Shown piece after piece: positions 60,333 through 64,000 of a DNA stretch of 64,000 nucleotides (position 1 is its first letter; each line of letters begins with the position of its first letter). The DNA comes from Myxococcota bacterium. GTDB taxonomy: Bacteria > Myxococcota_A > UBA9160 > UBA4427. The notes under the pieces are model-generated. The model was not told where the DNA came from. It worked only from the letters and a program-made list of their open reading frames with translations, and did not search any database. The stretch is taken from the NCBI GenBank assembly GCA_965250285.1, contig OZ252299.1, forward strand, positions 2,496,001 through 2,560,000. The letters are read 5' to 3'. The translations under genes and the position numbers were made by a program.

Positions 60333-60570
60333 CGCGGCCACGCCGGTCGAGTTGGGCGCTGACCAATGATGTCGCGAGCCACCGACATGCTCCGCCAAGC
60401 GCACCCCGCGGCCTATCGGGCCGCGGTGCGCGGGCTGGGCGCCCGTACGTGCGGATCGCGGGCGATGTCTCACCGCGCCGCGACCTCACTTGGGGCGGAT
60501 CCCCATCTATGTCGAGCAGCCTCTCGGGCTCGGCACTGCATTTTGTCTCTTCCACGCGGGGGGCCCCGTT

Positions 60571-61734
60571 ATGGCGGCCCGTGATCCTGATACGCTGTGG
60601 GAGATGGCCGAGAAGCTGGGCAACATCCTCTTCGACAAGGGAACCTCTCGCTACTACGTCCAGCTCTTCTGTCGCTGGCCGGGCGACAAGAGATCCAAGC
60701 GGCACCGGGTCTACGCCGACTCAGAAGGCGAGGCGAAGAAGATCCTCCGCCGCATCCAAGGCGAGGTTGCGCACGGCGCGCAGCTGTACACCGTATTGGC
60801 CCGGTACGTCGGTGACCGCAGCCGCAACGCCTTTCTCAAGCGATGGCACGCCTTCTGTGAAGAGAAGGACCAGGACGTGGAGAGCGGGCGGCTCGCGGCC
60901 CACCGTGCGAAGGAGCTCCGTCGCTACGAGGACCGCGAGTACCTCGACTTCTTCGCTGGGGTACCTCTCCACACCATCGACCGACCGAAGCTCGTCGCGT
61001 GGGTGCGATGGATGCGGCGGAAGAAGCTCAGCGAGAAGACCATCAAGAACGTGCTCTATGACATCGGGCACTTTCTTCGCTGGCTTGCCGACCAGGGCGA
61101 CATCGCGGAGGCGCCGGCGATCCCCTCGAAAGAGCTGAGACTCATCGAGTACGACCCGCAGATCCCCGAAGCGGATGTCGTCGAGAAGGTGCTCGCGGAA
61201 ATTCCCATCGAAGAGCGGGGCGTCTTTCTCGTCCGGTCGTTCATGGGCCTCCGACCCTCTGAAGCCCGCAGACTCAACGTCTCGGACCTCCGTCTCCGGA
61301 ACGACGAGGACCTCAGCGACGCCTATCTGAACCTCCCGCCGCCCAAGACCAAGACGAAGAAGGCACGGAAGCTCCAGCTCCACCCAGTAGTGGCGGAGTG
61401 GCTCGCCGAGTACGGAGAACTCGACCGCTTCGGAGGCGAGCCTCTCTTCCGCAATCCCGACGGCTACAACGAGGAACAGCGCTGGCTACCGGGAAGCGAA
61501 CGTCGGGTCTTGGAGCGGGCCTACAAGGCTGCCCAGGTAGCCTGGATCAAGCCTAACGAGTTCGGCCGCCACTTCTTCGCCACTCACGCGGTGAACGACC
61601 TGCAAGCGGACATCTTTCCGGTGCAGGCGTGGCTGGGACACACCGATCCCAAGACGACACAGCGCTATGCCAAGCTGCGCCCGGTTTCTATCGCAAGAAT
61701 CATAGGGAGCCCCCGAGAACGCGGCCGTCGCTGA
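60571..61734 (+). CDS. Tyrosine recombinase / integrase
   Basis: MGLRPSEA, KTK, FGRHFFAT, LGHTDPKTTQRY. Confidence 0.9.
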   Translation: MAARDPDTLWEMAEKLGNILFDKGTSRYYVQLFCRWPGDKRSKRHRVYADSEGEAKKILRRIQGEVAHGAQLYTVLARYVGDRSRNAFLKRWHAFCEEKDQDVESGRLAAHRAKELRRYEDREYLDFFAGVPLHTIDRPKLVAWVRWMRRKKLSEKTIKNVLYDIGHFLRWLADQGDIAEAPAIPSKELRLIEYDPQIPEADVVEKVLAEIPIEERGVFLVRSFMGLRPSEARRLNVSDLRLRNDEDLSDAYLNLPPPKTKTKKARKLQLHPVVAEWLAEYGELDRFGGEPLFRNPDGYNEEQRWLPGSERRVLERAYKAAQVAWIKPNEFGRHFFATHAVNDLQADIFPVQAWLGHTDPKTTQRYAKLRPVSIARIIGSPRERGRR

Positions 61735-61830
61735 AGACGATTCGGCACTGCGGACTACTCGACCAATCGATGAGGCGAGGCAGGCACTAGCAGTCTGCCG
61801 AGCCTCCGACGACACCCGGGAGCGATACCG

Positions 61831-62493
61831 TTGAAATGCATCAAGTTCGAACTTCGCCTCGTCAATCATCAGGCAACAGACAAGAACGAGCGAGATATGC
61901 TCGAGGACATCTGGCGGAAACAAACAGTCGTAGAGCGACTCATACTGCAGCACGCCCCGTTCCGACCGCACCAGGTCGCAATCAATCCAGTCCCGGACGA
62001 GAACGCGTTGGAGCATCTCGACCTCATGGACGCAGTCGCGGACCGCGCGGACATCGTGGAAGAGGCACTTGTAACATTCTGGAAGATGTCAGATGACCCG
62101 GACGCGCGGCTGCAGGTTCTCGAAGCCGCGCTCGTCCATGAAGCAAGCCTCCAGTCGTATATCCAGTACGCAAGCGCCAGGAACGCTGCCTGGAGTTCCC
62201 GCGCGGTTGCCCCGAATGCCGACGCCTTCAAGGCCGAGCTTGTCGGTGCGCTTGGAAGGTCACGCTCCGTCACTGATATTCGTGTGACTCCCCGGTCGGG
62301 CCGGCTGGATCTAGAGATCGACGAGCGCCGCGGGGACACGAGCGTCACGTGGCATCTACGTGACTTGAATGCATCACCGCAGCTGGCAGCCGATTTCGTC
62401 ACTCGGCTCCGCACGCTGGCACCACCTGAACTGCACCAGGAACGTCACCCAGCGCGAAAGGGGAGACAAGACACTCTCTTCCCGGAGCGCTAG
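61831..62493 (+). CDS. Hypothetical protein
   Basis: 220-aa ORF after the integrase; start uncertain. Confidence 0.5.
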   Translation: MKCIKFELRLVNHQATDKNERDMLEDIWRKQTVVERLILQHAPFRPHQVAINPVPDENALEHLDLMDAVADRADIVEEALVTFWKMSDDPDARLQVLEAALVHEASLQSYIQYASARNAAWSSRAVAPNADAFKAELVGALGRSRSVTDIRVTPRSGRLDLEIDERRGDTSVTWHLRDLNASPQLAADFVTRLRTLAPPELHQERHPARKGRQDTLFPER

Positions 62494-62555
62494 CAGAAGC
62501 CCGTGGGCGCGGAGCTTCAAGTTCATCCACACCTTCAGCGAACGGACCATTCATC

Positions 62556-62906
62556 ATGGGATACAGCTACGCCGAAAACATTCGGGCCGCCGGCCAGTAC
62601 CTTCTTGAGATTCTCGACCAAAACGGGAGTGTCGAGTATGCGCGCTTCTACGACGGCTCCGAAACCACCGCTCATGCGTTGTACACCGGGATGGGGCTAA
62701 CTATAGAAGAGGGAGAGAGCTACTGCGCCGAGCATCTCATCGACCTCGCGGCTGCTCAACTCGAGCGCCAGGGATTCGTACACACCGAGATACTCAGCTC
62801 CAAGCTCGCTGACGGCGAACCCAACTACTCGATTCAGCTGGCTCCCAGTGCTCAAGAGCGAATCGCGTCTGGGGAGCAGCCGACGTACTGGGACGTTGCC
62901 GAGTAG
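62556..62906 (+). CDS. Hypothetical protein
   Basis: 116-aa acidic ORF. Confidence 0.55.
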   Translation: MGYSYAENIRAAGQYLLEILDQNGSVEYARFYDGSETTAHALYTGMGLTIEEGESYCAEHLIDLAAAQLERQGFVHTEILSSKLADGEPNYSIQLAPSAQERIASGEQPTYWDVAE

Positions 62907-62928
62907 TCAGACGGCGCTCGCCCTCCTG

Positions 62929-64000
62929 CTATAGCTCCGGTAGGTAGTAAGCCAGGAGCTCTCGCATCAACACCTCTCCACGCCGCGCCAATCGCTCGAT
63001 GTCTGCTTCTGCCATCGGCGAGAAGTTGGTCGGGTACGTATAGACCTCGTGCCGGCGCGGCAGGTCCGGCGGAAGCCACGGCAGGCTCTCGTCGATCTGA
63101 CCAAGGTACGCGAAGGCGAATCCCGAGATGGCGCCGGTCGCAGCATGCCTATGGAGTCGGTTGCGTGTCGCATCCTGGACCTTGCGGAAGGTCGTCAGGA
63201 ACGAACGATGCATGCGCGTCGGCCACCACATCGGGAAAGAGTCCGCATCGAACAATCCGCCTCCGGCATCGCAGGAGATGATGTACTTCGGGTCAAAGAC
63301 GTTTGTGCTGACGTCCGGCGACCGGCCCGGCTCCATCGGGCCAACTCCCAGGTTCTCGAAGACGCCACCGTCGGTCAGCAGAACACGGTCGACTCCGACA
63401 TCCTTACCCCTCTTCGAGAAGCGATACTCGCGGTCAAGCGCTGGAAGGAACACCGGATAGGCAGCGGAAGCTGCAACGGCATCAGCAACAGAAGAAGACG
63501 CCGGTGCGATCGTTCCGAAGCGCCAGCATCCGGACTCTCTGCTCCCGAATCGGAAGGCTGAGCCGGTGCGAAGCTCCGTCGCATTGATCACGACGTCCAG
63601 CGAGTCTCGCACCACCTCACTTGTCTTGACCTCGCCGAACAGCGTGCGGGCCAGGGCGGTGCGAAACGCTTCGGCCCGACTGTGGGCCCGAGCCGGAGGA
63701 ACCGACCTCGGGTCTAGGAGTCCACGCTGCAATCCCGATGGCAGCATTGCCCCAAGGCCTCTGAGCATCGATGAAGGTACGTTCCGAAGCATGGCGGCTG
63801 CCGTGCGGGCCATCGAGCCTGGCGTCAACCACGCCTTCGCAATCTCGCCTACCAGCCCCTCCCTCAGCAACGACGTGACGCGAGCATCAAAGTCGGCAAA
63901 GTCCTCGCTCGAGTACGCATACATGGCGGCGATGACAGAGCCACCCGACACACTGGAGATCACCTGGAGGCGGTCGAGGAGGTCGAGATCAGCGAGGGCC
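62929..64000 (-). CDS. Patatin-like phospholipase, 5' end outside the window
   Basis: SSVSGGS nucleophile motif, NAT, AVAASAAYP, LTDGGVFENLG. Confidence 0.88.
   Translation of the reverse strand, partial: ALADLDLLDRLQVISSVSGGSVIAAMYAYSSEDFADFDARVTSLLREGLVGEIAKAWLTPGSMARTAAAMLRNVPSSMLRGLGAMLPSGLQRGLLDPRSVPPARAHSRAEAFRTALARTLFGEVKTSEVVRDSLDVVINATELRTGSAFRFGSRESGCWRFGTIAPASSSVADAVAASAAYPVFLPALDREYRFSKRGKDVGVDRVLLTDGGVFENLGVGPMEPGRSPDVSTNVFDPKYIISCDAGGGLFDADSFPMWWPTRMHRSFLTTFRKVQDATRNRLHRHAATGAISGFAFAYLGQIDESLPWLPPDLPRRHEVYTYPTNFSPMAEADIERLARRGEVLMRELLAYYLPEL

Larger units (their letters stand above)
36158..64000. mobile_element. ssrA-integrated integrative mobilisable element (continues past the window)
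   Basis: att core at left end; relaxase, T4CP, tyrosine integrase, ParA, RadC, H-NS; no mating-pair-formation genes seen. Confidence 0.8.

Noticed and set aside
57038..61734. Prophage
   Set aside because: DUF5131, Rep-like and integrase genes are present but no capsid, terminase, tail or lysis genes.

Overview
High-GC bacterial chromosome segment in three parts. (1) 1-~20.2 kb: accessory-metabolic genes (CmcJ/NvfI-like oxidoreductase, hydrolases, two GSTs, carotenoid oxygenase, retinol-saturase-like flavoprotein, epoxide hydrolase, PhyH dioxygenase, sulfatase), four TetR regulators with visible palindromic operators, and a gap fragment. (2) ~20.4-36.2 kb: mosaic of small cargo blocks (1518-aa Tat-signal protein, YHYH protein, intradiol dioxygenase, SnoaL/SDR/ADH/HxlR) punctuated by tRNA-Arg-derived repeats and two identical 29-bp copies of the tmRNA 3' end (att scars). 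(3) 36.2 kb to beyond the window: an ssrA-targeted integrative mobilisable element with MobF relaxase, coupling protein, H-NS, candidate oriT, a leading-region-like block (two PC4-like proteins, RadC/JAB), a deletion-fused DUF499/DUF262 defence remnant, ParA/ParG-like, Rep-like HTH, DUF5131, tyrosine integrase and a patatin. The most striking unexplained feature is a ~1.35-kb ORF-poor region (55.5-56.85 kb) packed with hairpins and multiloops whose mismatches repeatedly become G-U pairs on the minus strand; it has a promoter-like sequence upstream and an Arg-rich 229-aa protein directly downstream, making it a candidate giant structured ncRNA plus partner protein. All family assignments are by eye from motifs; no searches were run.
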